From the IMG/VR virus record IMGVR_UViG_3300033121_000493, positions 64,001-128,000 of that record: a DNA stretch of 64,000 nt, one strand, 5' to 3'. The notes under the pieces were generated by a model. That model was not told the origin of the DNA. It made no database searches and saw nothing but the letters and a program-made list of their open reading frames with translations. Positions 21,084 through 32,830 of the stretch are shown here, one piece after another; positions within the stretch are counted from its first letter, which is position 1, and each line of letters starts with the position of its first letter. The translations under genes and the position numbers were made by a program. Origin of the DNA: a virus (lineage: Duplodnaviria; Caudoviricetes).

Positions 21084-24000
21084 TAATAGTGAACATTAAA
21101 GGTGCGTATAACTGATCTATCCGCATACGAACAGCACTACGCCAATCCCACGACGTTATAATCCTACATGCAAATGATCGATTGGCAAATCGGCTCTTAA
21201 CGACGGCTGCAGGTACGTGGCTTGAATCGTATATTACAAAAACGAGACTATCGCTTAGCACCTAGGTACCTTGCAACCTTAGTCCATAACCTGTATGTGG
21301 CGTTTGATAATCTACTGGCTATTGGTGTACCTGTCCTAACGTTGCCTATTGCACATAGGTGCTCGAATGATGTACCCAATACAATACCAATTAATATACA
21401 GTCATTATTAGTACTGCTAATGGTCGCTGAACCGCTAGAGTAGTAGAAGACATTAAACACTACCCCACGTGAGTTAGACGACTTAGTCAAGTTTACGTTT
21501 GAACCCCTTTTTTACACGCAGTTCGAGCCTGTATAGCGTTGGTAATAGCAAGTCGCGCGTAGAGCTGTTAAGTGAATTATGACGATACAACTTTGAAAAA
21601 GAGTATGCGGCAGCAACATGTACTGCGATTGACTTAGAGTTACTATACTTACGCATATATCTGTTAACCGGAGCAAATGCCAATACGTTGAACTCAACTC
21701 CTTTGGATTTCATCGAAATCTGGCTATAAGCAATTGGCAGCTATATAGTATAATAGTATTCGCTCTAAACGCCATACGCAACGTACGACCTATAACCCGT
21801 GAGTACATTGGTACCACAGCTGGCGTATCACAAAACGATACCCAATATTCTACGATTCGGCAAGCTGGATAGTCTTCTTTACCTGTGCTACGCTCTCCTG
21901 CAGCAGCGAAAAATTTAACACATAGACTAGCGTGAGGCACAGTGCAATATCCCCGCACATACGGATACAATACAAGCACTTGCGTTATTAACTATAGTTA
22001 ATATATTCCACGCCGCTAAGCTATGGCCGTCGCCATCAAACCCATGAGCTAGCGAACACGATATAATCCACACATGTTTATTGCGGATTACTAATACAAC
22101 ACCAGTATTAGGCTCTTCAGTCCAGTTATCTCGTACCGCCGCTCGTATTTCTAAAGTATTAGCTGCGCAGCTCGTCAATAGCACTCCCGTTTCTAAACTC
22201 ATACCTCAAATAGTCTATTAGTCGTATGACTAGCCGCCTGTAGCCGCTATATACATTTATCGAAACATCGCTAAATATAAAATTTGTTGGATAGTAGGCT
22301 ATAGCGTACACGACGCCAGTAGTTTGCCAATACCAAGTATGTATTGGGCTAACACTATCACCGATTCTTTGATATCGTACGCGGAATTGAACTGTTAACG
22401 ATTTACTATGCACGGCCACACTACGGTTGTATAGATAGCTTTTAGGACATTTAGCAACAATAAATATTGATTATGCCATTGCCGGTCAGCTGCGATCTGT
22501 ATATTTGTTTGCCGGTACCAGTTAGATTTCAAAATCGGATTTACGTCTACCAAAATGTCATAATTTTTATTAACTGTTATAAACAATAACACGCGCATAT
22601 ACGGGCAAAAACCAAACACAACTACGCGCGACTTTCTCAATGTGACCAGCCCCGTCTCGTACCAGTATAGACGTCTTCCATAACCCGTAATTCTTGCCAA
22701 CGCCACTCTTGCTTATCAATTGTAAACTGTACCCACCTGGACATATACAAAGTAAACACTTTAACTGGAGTTGCACGTGTCCTAACGGTACCATCCACAT
22801 TAGTTACTTTAATCATATCAACAGCATAATTATATCCATTAAGTTCAAATACGATTGGCTGTGATTTTACCAATTTAACACTACGCTATCATGCGCACGA
22901 GTCATACAGTCATTAAGCAAATTTCTACTAGCTACGAACCATTGGAAACTAAGCACCCGGTAATATACTGATACGTCATCTACGACGAGTATTGGCTTAA
23001 AGCTCAGCTCACAGTATTCATCGCTTAGTTCGCTGTACTGACCAACTTTTAGGATAACTCTGTGTACAGGCTTAAAAACAACCAGCGGTACAAATATTAC
23101 GCTGAGTGACTTATTCATTCCTTATCGTTTTCTATTAAACGATATACGATTTACACCACGCCGCACCAGGCGCTTAGCCAGCCAACGCATAGACGCAGCG
23201 CACATGTCCACAAAGAAAAATAGTGTGGCGCAGTTAAACACGAATGACGTAAAACCAGAGTAGGACAGCACGTACGACGCTAGAAAAAAACCAAGGCCTA
23301 GCACAACAAGCGCGGTTACATACTCACAGTCATGCATTTGCGGCTCCATAGACGGGGCAAGCTACGCCGGTTGCAATAGCTAAGGATAAACGATGAAACA
23401 AAGCCAAAGGAAACATAGGTAAATTGCAAAAACACGGCTTAAGTAGAGCGTATGTATAGTTAAAGCGAAATACGCGGGCATAGCTACAAGAATGACGTCC
23501 GGAGGCGTCACCCCAGCGTAAGCTAAACGTTACGTCGAGAGATTTATCTACCGGCATAACGAGATGCGCAATAGCCTAAGCCATGTTTTATTCTCTACAA
23601 TGAAATAAGGCGATCCTCTTACGACAATCTTCATATCAAACATGCTAAGACTTACTGTATTAAGTAAACACACTAGGTATCTATGGTCACTCCCATGAAA
23701 TGGGTAACCTGTTTTAGAAATTGTCGACGGGGAGGCGCGGTGCACATTAGGTATATCAAACTTAATCTCTTTACTGTGCATCTGACAGGCTGTCTGATTC
23801 AATAAAAGATCTACAAAGTTTTTTCACTGTAATAACAACTACATAATACACACGGCGCGTGACCAATGTAAAACTAGCAAAAAGCGAGCCCATAGACACT
23901 TTCTCCCAGAGTAAATGGTAACCACCGCTTACAACTGCACTACGGAATTTAGAATTAGACATCAAACACTCCGGCAGCCATGCATTTTTCACGAAGTATT

Positions 24001-24215
24001 TTATACTGACTATATATTGTGTTTTCAACGCGCGCTTGAACATGGTGTCTTGTGATGTAAACTCTGTCTGGCGCGTGTATATCGCACAGATTTAACGGTA
24101 AAATTCGCCAAGTGTTAGAAAAAACTAGACCGTCAGGTACTACTAGCATGGTTTGCAATTCGTGTAGTTTTAGATCAAACCGTAGAGAGAACCCAACACC
24201 ACAGCACTTAGGCAT

Positions 24216-24855
24216 TTATCCCATACCATTCGTCATGTGCCATAAAATATTATGACACTCGTCAAATAATGATATAAGGTTACGGGTCACAATGTTTAAG
24301 CGAATAGTGCTGTACGTAAGAACCTTTACATCAATCCAGAAGCTGCCAGTGCGTGGATCAGGATCACACGCTACTGCAGCGCCAACATATGAATACCCAA
24401 GGACGATGTATATCTCTTGATTACAAAACTTAGCCATTCGTCATGCGCCATAAAATATTATGACACTCGTCAAATAATGGTCTATAGTTACGGGTCACAA
24501 TGTTTAAGCGAATAGCGTTGTACGGAAGAACCCTTACATCAATCCAAAGGACGCCAGTGCGTGGATCAGGACCGCATACTACTCCAGCACGGCCAACATA
24601 TGAATACGCAAGGACGGCGTATATCTCTTGACTATAAAACCTAGCCATTCGTCATAAACCGTATAGCGGCGTTACACTTACGGACTACTAGACTATTGTT
24701 ACGGTCCGCAATGTCTAAGCGGGCAGAGAAACAATAAGACTTAAATAAACGCACATCAATCCATAGGCAGCCAATGTCCGGCGTGCAGCCAAAGTCCACT
24801 GTAGCATCATTAGAGCCTATAACGGTAATGGCTATCTCTTGACTCTTAATGAGCT
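24216..24855. repeat. Tandem triplication of an array unit (two near-identical copies plus one diverged copy)
   Basis: 24216-24437 and 24430-24648 align end to end; third copy at ~24641-24855 reads IKSQEIAITV...WIDVR...MTNG*. Confidence 0.85.
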
Positions 24856-27800
24856 TCTCCTAACGACTTTGTCAATAGGCGAATATAGCGTCCAAGTGTC
24901 CTGGTAATAGGCGAAAATTCATTAAAAGCCCAATCCCAGTCAAACATATTATTTGCGCGTATACAGTTCCGTACAATATGAAATATGCCTAATGAACAGT
25001 CATCCCACGAATATACGCTACCATTAAACCCCAAACCACCACCATGCTGAGTATATGTGGCACCGCCAACGTTAAGCATAATTTCACAACTGGTAAATGA
25101 TGGCAATCAGCCTCCTAGCTGCCATTCTAGCGAGTGGAATTACATCTCTATACGTGTGTGGAGTAATATTCATACCAAATCTAATATCTAACGTGCGAAC
25201 TATAGGCCTTACGTCAATGATGTATAGACTATCGTCGTAAGAGGCTGTCGCTAATGACAATACGCGCGGCGCTGTAATCGTAGGGTACAGCGTACATGTA
25301 ACCTCACACGACTTAAAATTTGTCACTAATCTGCTTCCACACGTCTATGAAAACACTACTACAAGTATCTACGTTATCCGGTCGTATGAATCTTGTTTGT
25401 AAATCACTCCAACAAACAAGCTCTAGCTGTACAAAGTAACTATCGATATAGTAACCGCGCCAGGTGTGTACTACTCGCACCCATCGTTCTGTAGAAGCAT
25501 ATAGCCGCCGTACGGCGATATCACGACTAGACCCGTCAGCCATATAGCTGTCCAGTATTACGGAATTGGATACGACAAGCGGCAGAAGACATATGTGCTG
25601 CTATTGCCCTACCATAAAAATCGGCAAACAAATTACTAAACGCTATACATTGTAACGAGACAAGTAGTGCCGGTGGCGCTGTACGGTAGATGTCAACAAT
25701 CGGTGGCCGTATAGTACAATCATCCTCTGGCTCTGATACTAACATTTGTATTCGTAGCACAAGGCTACAAAATTTATTTCCAGCGTCTGGTTGCACCCAC
25801 CAAGCCCCAAAAAAGGATTCGATCAAGAATACTACGAAAGCTTGCACTCAGTGGTGCGTTGTCAAACAAATCACTTCTAGTCATATACTCCATAGCTATA
25901 TACATTCTTTCTTCGTTGTCGTGACTGCGATCACGCTTTACAAAAAAACTATTATTAGCGGCCCTAACAGCGTAACTGCGGCATTTATGCATAAAGTTTA
26001 AGCCACATAGCCTTTGTTACCCTGCCACACAACATAGTAACAGTAGGCGTTATCGCCTCGGGTAGATCTTCATCAAAGAAGACATCGACGACTGTGCGCC
26101 GTCCTATTAAAATGGTCTTTGTGGCAAAAGGATGTGCCTGCCAAAGAGCAACTGCGGGCTGATCAATACGGTGTACTTCCAGTATCAATGCAGTAACGTC
26201 ACAACTAGGGTTAAAGCTCAAGGCTCCCCTCGTATATGCGTCTCAATATGATACATAGTGAGTTCTCGGTGCGGATAGGACGGTTGTTAATTAGAGATCT
26301 TGGGGATGGTACACAATAAACCACACAGAACACGCCTAGTATCAAGGTTTTGTGTTCGTATTTGTATACGCCTACAGTATCGTCAGAGGCGAAGCCTGAT
26401 CTAGTATATATTGCGACGCCGTGTTAACATTCTTTTTAGTAAAATCTCTATCATATATTCTGTCATAGTCAGGAGGTGTGGGACTGGTCGCCACTTAGAA
26501 TTTGAAACGCATATTTCAATTGCCACATACTTGAAATCCATATTCACGTAAAAATAGCACTGGCGTCTATTACGCTCTGCGCCGTCATTTTTGTATATGA
26601 GGTCGTGGTATACGTCTACACATAAACTAGTTTTACGAGCTCTGCGGCTGCGCAAATAGTCTTCCAGTGTTTTCGTCGCCGTATTGTTCTCCCGGCTGCA
26701 GCAGGTGCTTAGCGGTGAGGCCGTAAAGTCACGTACGCACAATCACATACTTTACTAGCTACACGTCCTACGGCAATCATAACATTTAATGAGGCGATGG
26801 GTTTCAAAAGAAAACCACCGCGTAGATGATTCATTTTAATTACTACATTATCTCTAGTTGCTTGTGCGTAAGTAAAATACGCACCACGAACCATCTCCCG
26901 CCACTCAGCTGTGCTAACAGTACGCCAATCGACTGGAAAAACAATATCAACGCCTACGCTACGTTCATAGCACAAAAGGGTTTAGTCCTTTGATAGGATA
27001 CACCGCTTTACACTGTCTAGTACAGCACGCTCAGGCTGCAGCGACTCAATCAGATAGTTGCGTACAATTTCGCGAAATAGCGTAAAGCGATTGGGTATGT
27101 CTATAGCTGTTATTTCAATATAAAAAATAGCATTCAGTGGGGTGAGATGCACCGCTGTTGTAGTCACCGAGGTAACACAACGTACTCTATGTATATAGAC
27201 AGGTGTTGCTTTTTCAAACGGTCGTTTAGATAAATATGCACGTAGTCTTTTTATACTAGTCATCGGCAACTAAGAAAATTGTTTAAACAATAGTCTGTGC
27301 TATCTAATACCGCGATACACCGCCTTCTTATCAAGTGGTTAATTTGCCGCAAATAACTAGGCCTTGTGCCGCCACCTACACAACAATGTAGTCTAATCGT
27401 TATTTCGCCAAACACGCTTACGTCTCCGATGCATGCTGTAGCCGGATATGGTAGCCACGCGCTGTATACCACGTCTATTGGACCAACTTTTCTAGGTGTA
27501 GATAAAAAATTTTTTAGTTGCGGTGTTTGCATCAATTTCTTTTTGGCTGTTTTAAGCACTGTAAAGCAGATTTTGCTACATCAGCACATACAGAGCGTAG
27601 CCTATTTGTAATCCGCCGCGCGACGCTAACCCTGACAAAGTTGACACCCGTCCAGCGTAGCTTGATTACGAACACTTGTCGAAGCATATATACGCGCGTA
27701 GAACTAGTGTCCGCATAAGTTATGGAATTGTTTAATTCTTGCGAAGCACTTATTTCGATAGACTCTCTGTGCACAGGCTGAAAAGATTTTAATGCTGGTG

Positions 27801-28325
27801 ATTGCATCAATCGTGTCTGTAGTCCCGCAAACATCGATACATACTTTCTATTATGTCTCCGCATAAATTATGTATGTAACGTGTATATGAAACCGTCGAC
27901 GAATAGTAGTAATCGTTTATGCAGTATAACGTAATTTCTATCCTGGTATTATACGGGTCTATAGTACCGACGCATCCATTATTTTTGCATTCTCGTAACG
28001 TCGGACGAACAGTATAGGCGATGTCTATCACTAACGATTTTTTCCACTGCGGATTAGACATATAGCGCTTTAATGCCAGCGTTTGCATTACTCTTCTTAC
28101 AACTCGTAGAAGTCGGGGTCTATACGTTTTACTAAATTTCGGCACCAAGTGCGTAAAGTACTCATAGCCTGTCGATTCCTGGACCGTAAAATGTAACGAT
28201 CCAAACAGTATAGCTTAATTATTAATCTACTGCTACGAAATCCGTCTATATCGCCAATACACGAAAACCGAATATCCCTACGCGCAGACTCGCAGATAAC
28301 CTGTATATCCCAAGACTTTTTGCCA

Positions 28326-31300
28326 TTAGCCCTGTAGTATTTTAATTCTGGTGTCTGCGTTTATTTCTCCACGTCTGAACGCCGCTATAGCGTCCGCTTT
28401 GGTAGCAAATGTTTTTGCTTCATGTGCGCTTTGATCGTGAGTAGCCCTAAATAGCCCGTGCAAAAATTCCTGGATAGGTGCATAGTGCACGTCAAAATTT
28501 CTAGCACTGAGTAAATTAGCGCTAGGCATAAGCTTACGCTTAGCTTCACTGACAGCTTCATCACTGACAGGCACGTGGAACTGCATTCTGTCACCGTCGA
28601 AATCAGCGCCGTAGCCACTGACGATTGTAGGGCTTAGCTGCATGGTTTGCGTTTTAGCCAACACAGGCCACGCAGCCATTATTCCGAACTTGTGTAGCGT
28701 AGGAGCTCGGTTGATGAGTACCGGACGCACTTTCATTTCTTCAATCAAAGCGTCCTTAGCAATTCTATCTTTGTTGGCAACCATATTAACAGCCTGTACG
28801 GCAGGAGTACCCCGTCTGACCAACGACCTAATGATAAATGGTCGGTATAGAGTCCATGCTTTCTCTTCTGGCAAACCTACTTGATCCATGTCTAGCGACG
28901 GGTTTGGCGTAATAACAGCGCTACCGACCATGTCAGTTGTGCTGCCTATGATCTTACGCTGAAACACTGAAAACTTTGGCGACGACCGCAGTCCTAGCGC
29001 ATGCGACAAAATGCCTTTTATGTTCTTCTCTTGTAACTTTGGCTGCAGCGGATCTGACAATCCGACCAGTGCCTTGAACGAGCTGTACAACGCTAAACGC
29101 TCGTCACCTGCGGCTTCGTGGCCTAACGTATCTGTTACGTCCTTTACGTTGTTGTTAGCACGTATGATCTCTTTGTACAAGTAGTTAGGGTCACTAACTA
29201 TTGTCATACCTTTAGGCCCAGTTGCGATAGGCCGATACTGAGGCGGCATAATAGGTACTTTAGTCAGCATCAGCTCTTCTGGCTTAATGCCTGTTTTCTT
29301 TAGCATTGTAAAAACGCGCAACCGCTTAATAGCGTCGTCGCGGTTTGTTTTTGATCCATTAGTGACTAGATCTTTTAGTCGATCAATCTCGCTGTGTACG
29401 TTGAGAGACTGTAGCGCGCTACGCAATGCTTCCGGCCCTGTCTTTTCTTTAAGCATGCGTTTACCGGCTATAACATCTTCCAACTGACCTTCAGTAAGCC
29501 CCAGCACTTTACGGATAGAATCTTCGAAAACAGGATTTGGTAATGGGTGATTAAGATTAACGTGCGTAAACCCTGTCCCTTCAGGACCACCAGTTAAACC
29601 TATATCAAACAACCCACCACTTATCGGCTTCATCGTATCGAAATCAAGAGTATCGTCGCTCTTGACTTCGCCTCTAGACATCTTGTCTATGTCTTTATCA
29701 GTCAAAGCCATGATGTTTACGAAGTTACCGGTCTTGCTAACATTGATGCCAGCAGACCTTAAATCGTCCATAAACTTCTTGTACACGAATGGTGCTTCTG
29801 GTGTTGGCGGCGGATACCCCAAACGAAACGCACGCCAGAAATCGTCATTTCGCTGCCCGCGTATGAGCTTAGCATCACGCAGTACTTCAGTAGCACCAGC
29901 AGACAATAATGACATTGTCTCTAGCCCACCTATACGCTTGGCAGAGCCTTCACCACCTTTAGCAGGAACTTTGTCAATAGTGTATGAACCGTCGTCTGCA
30001 CGAGCGTCGGCTTTGTCTTCTGCAGTATGGTGTAGTTTCATCCAGTACTGCACGCCAGACAACACATTATTCACATTAGCGTTTCTATTTGGATCAAATA
30101 GAGTTTCAGTATCCTTTATGCCGTATTTCTTTAGCTCGTCCTGTACAGTCTTTAGATTACTTCCATCTTGGAAAGACGGTACAACATATTTTTTACCTAA
30201 CTTAGCTGCTACCTTACCAAGCGCGAGCTCAAGTATGGCCGCAGGGTTAGATCGAGAGATAGTACCAAACGGATGGATTAGCAACTCTAGCGGATTTTTA
30301 TCACTATCGTGCGGCATTTGATCATCAGGTACTATTGATGAAATAACACCTTTACCGCCGAAGCGCATCGTTAGCTTATCACCAACCACACATGGTCGGT
30401 ACGCTTTTACGATAACGTTTACATCTTTTGGTCCGGCATGTACATCTGTAACTATTCCGTCGTCATCGTATTCCCACACGTGCGACGAATCCATAAATCT
30501 AGCTTTGCTACTGCGCGTTAATACGCCTTGACCCTTAGCAGATTTTTCAGAAATACTAAGAATCAGGGGATCACCCTTCTTCACAACAGTTCCTGGTTTG
30601 ATTAAACCGTTGTCTGTAAAGTTCGCTAGCTGAGCTTTATTGTACGTTGTAGGAAACGCGCTGATAAATGCATTCCTACTAACTTTCTGCCCAGGCTCAA
30701 TGTCCATTGAATGCTGGTACATATGCTCAGACGCCATTTTCTTAGCGGCGCTCTCGCTAACAACAATGGCATCTTCTACGGTAAGACCTTTGAACGGTAA
30801 GTAAGCAGTGCGTAAATTTTTGCCTAACGCCAACTCACCTTCGTCATTTGTGAAATTTGTTTTAGCCAGTAACTGGCCAGGTTTGACATAGTCACCTGGC
30901 TTTACCATAGGTGTATTGTTTACAAACCCACGTCGATTATACGGAAAATTATCGTACAGTTCGTAGCGTTTAATGCCGTTGGGAGTTTTGATACTGATGC
31001 TATCTTTATCCAACTTAGTAACTATTCCAGTTGCATCAGATCTGACTATGCCAGTTTTGCTGCCTAAGAATCTTTCAAAAGAATCATTAGGCTCACCAGA
31101 TGGCCTGCTTGTCTGAACAAACGGTGCTTCGCCGTCTTTGATCGCTAGAGCTTGCGTTGCCATTCTGGCTACCATGTTAGTTCTGTGGCCCTTGATGGAC
31201 GACAGAAACGGCACAAGGTGCGCCAACGTAGACATCATGTGCTCTGGATGCGGGAGCTCGTAGTCAACTTTGCTTGGATCTACGTACTTAATGCGACCGC

Positions 31301-32717
31301 GTACTAATGCTTGTGCCGGTCTATTCTCAGCTATAGCTTTTTTCAACTCACCTGGAAAAGCAATAACGGATCTAGTCGCATCCGTAGATGGTACAAAGAT
31401 CTTTTTGCCGGTCTTATCCAAAAACTGTGAGTACAGTTTACCGTCACTACCACGGTGAACGTTGTACGCAGTTCTATTGTCTACACCGGCTTTCTCAGAT
31501 TCTGCTGTACGAACTACGTCGATGAAACCCATATACGAAGGCTGCACGGCACGTGACTCGTCAGGAATAGCGTCTGTATCTGGAATACCACCATAGCCAA
31601 GTCGAGACACACGCTGCAACTGATCATAGATGTCTAGAGGATTTGATTCCTCCAGCGGCATACCAAGACCGGAACTAAGCAGAACAGATTCCAATTGTTT
31701 GTTACGTTGCTGGTGATTAAGTATAGGATTAAGTGACCTGGCGTATGTAGCTTTCCACAGAGCTCGTCTAGCCACACCACCAACGTCAGCTTTAATACGC
31801 TCAGCCAGCATCTCTGCCGGACCAATCACCTTCTGATACGAGATGTTGTCACGGTCATCTGTATCCATTTCACCTTTACGAATCTTCAGCAACTTATGTG
31901 TAGCGGCCAGTATTGCCTGCGGGCTAACCGTATCGAAGCGTGTACCAAGAGTTTCCTCTGTAATATTGGGGTCTAGCTTCATAGCAGCCATAGCTTTAGC
32001 TATAGCCGTAGGCTTGCTTTTCTCGTCGTCTAGCTTGTCACCAAATTCTTTTCTAATAGCATAATCAGTAAACTTCTCGTACGCTTTAGCGATAGCCGGT
32101 TTATTAGCTTGCGTAGCGTTTGCCGCTAATAGATCTCTACCCCATATAGCTGATAACTCTTTATCTGACACGCCAAGCCCACGTAATAGTGGGTATAACG
32201 CAAACTTAGACTGACCTACTTTAACGTCAAACACACCTGTCTCTGGTTCCATAAACACACGAAAGGACGGACCAGACCCAGGCATAATGTTGAAGTGCGA
32301 TTCTAGTTCGCCGTTTTCTTTTTTGCGCGTATACACACCAGGTAACAGTCGTGCCTGGTGCGACAGCGTGTATTCATTACCACGGTAAATAAACGTACCG
32401 CGCTGTGTCATCTGCGGTATATCAGCAATCTTTGCACGCCGCTGTTCTACTACAGAATTGTCGGCTACGTTACTTAGCCGCCACGTACCATGTAACGGTC
32501 GCGTTAATGACTTACCTGTTAATATAGCCTTACGCTGTGCGGTAATAGGCGATACTTCTGTAGGATCGTCATATCCGACATCGGCTAACTCTAGTTTATA
32601 TTGGCTGTTGGTTATTGGATACGCGCTAGCGTACGCATTTTTGACGTTGTCATAAATGCTACTGCGCAGATAATCCACATCATCAAAAGCATGAATAGAC
32701 GGCTTACTGATATCCAC
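28326..32717 (-). CDS. rpoBC: DNA-directed RNA polymerase, fused beta + beta'-N subunit
   Basis: beta motifs GTFIYRG, GELALGKN, EDAIV, GDKLTMRFGGKG, SRSN, KLHH, KRIGGLE; beta' motifs VLINRAPTLH and catalytic GADFDGD; start reassigned to GTG 32717 (GGAG RBS), since the 32804 extension overlaps a terminator. Confidence 0.93.
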   Translation of the reverse strand: MDISKPSIHAFDDVDYLRSSIYDNVKNAYASAYPITNSQYKLELADVGYDDPTEVSPITAQRKAILTGKSLTRPLHGTWRLSNVADNSVVEQRRAKIADIPQMTQRGTFIYRGNEYTLSHQARLLPGVYTRKKENGELESHFNIMPGSGPSFRVFMEPETGVFDVKVGQSKFALYPLLRGLGVSDKELSAIWGRDLLAANATQANKPAIAKAYEKFTDYAIRKEFGDKLDDEKSKPTAIAKAMAAMKLDPNITEETLGTRFDTVSPQAILAATHKLLKIRKGEMDTDDRDNISYQKVIGPAEMLAERIKADVGGVARRALWKATYARSLNPILNHQQRNKQLESVLLSSGLGMPLEESNPLDIYDQLQRVSRLGYGGIPDTDAIPDESRAVQPSYMGFIDVVRTAESEKAGVDNRTAYNVHRGSDGKLYSQFLDKTGKKIFVPSTDATRSVIAFPGELKKAIAENRPAQALVRGRIKYVDPSKVDYELPHPEHMMSTLAHLVPFLSSIKGHRTNMVARMATQALAIKDGEAPFVQTSRPSGEPNDSFERFLGSKTGIVRSDATGIVTKLDKDSISIKTPNGIKRYELYDNFPYNRRGFVNNTPMVKPGDYVKPGQLLAKTNFTNDEGELALGKNLRTAYLPFKGLTVEDAIVVSESAAKKMASEHMYQHSMDIEPGQKVSRNAFISAFPTTYNKAQLANFTDNGLIKPGTVVKKGDPLILSISEKSAKGQGVLTRSSKARFMDSSHVWEYDDDGIVTDVHAGPKDVNVIVKAYRPCVVGDKLTMRFGGKGVISSIVPDDQMPHDSDKNPLELLIHPFGTISRSNPAAILELALGKVAAKLGKKYVVPSFQDGSNLKTVQDELKKYGIKDTETLFDPNRNANVNNVLSGVQYWMKLHHTAEDKADARADDGSYTIDKVPAKGGEGSAKRIGGLETMSLLSAGATEVLRDAKLIRGQRNDDFWRAFRLGYPPPTPEAPFVYKKFMDDLRSAGINVSKTGNFVNIMALTDKDIDKMSRGEVKSDDTLDFDTMKPISGGLFDIGLTGGPEGTGFTHVNLNHPLPNPVFEDSIRKVLGLTEGQLEDVIAGKRMLKEKTGPEALRSALQSLNVHSEIDRLKDLVTNGSKTNRDDAIKRLRVFTMLKKTGIKPEELMLTKVPIMPPQYRPIATGPKGMTIVSDPNYLYKEIIRANNNVKDVTDTLGHEAAGDERLALYSSFKALVGLSDPLQPKLQEKNIKGILSHALGLRSSPKFSVFQRKIIGSTTDMVGSAVITPNPSLDMDQVGLPEEKAWTLYRPFIIRSLVRRGTPAVQAVNMVANKDRIAKDALIEEMKVRPVLINRAPTLHKFGIMAAWPVLAKTQTMQLSPTIVSGYGADFDGDRMQFHVPVSDEAVSEAKRKLMPSANLLSARNFDVHYAPIQEFLHGLFRATHDQSAHEAKTFATKADAIAAFRRGEINADTRIKILQG

Positions 32718-32757
32718 AATAGTATCTCCGTAGCTATACAGAAATAGAAGTATACAA

Positions 32758-32796
32758 TAAAAAACCGCCGCCAGCAATATGCCAATCGGCGGTTTG
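32758..32796 (-). terminator. Intrinsic terminator upstream of the RNAP gene
   Basis: AAACCGCCG...CGGCGGTTT inverted repeat followed by a T-run on the minus strand. Confidence 0.55.
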
Positions 32797-32830
32797 GCGA
32801 CCAAACGCCAGTAAGCCCGAGTAATTTAGA

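Larger units (their letters stand above)
19600..28326 (-). other. Microprotein array block B (about 35 overlapping 70-115 aa ORFs, ~220-280 bp period)
   Basis: SYEVAI, SYEIAI, SRGVVF, SKGVEF, SLTVQF, SQPIVF, SLSVIF, SLDVTF, SKEIKF, NQEIYI, SQEIYA, SCEIML, SCEVTC, SRDIAV, SCDVTA, SVGVDI; stops overlap the next starts. Confidence 0.75.

Noticed and set aside
24216-24648. Diversity-generating retroelement TR/VR pair
   Set aside because: Differences are not confined to adenines of one copy and no reverse transcriptase is in the window; an RT elsewhere cannot be excluded
16359-24855. Periodic direct repeats as a CRISPR array or integron cassettes
   Set aside because: The period is 215-235 bp, the repeats are parts of duplicated coding units and differ between sub-clusters, and no cas or integrase gene or attC-like structure was seen
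32718-32804. Hydrophobic N-terminal extension (signal/TM) on the RNAP
   Set aside because: It arises from a TTG within a terminator/AT-rich spacer; GTG at 32717 has a proper RBS
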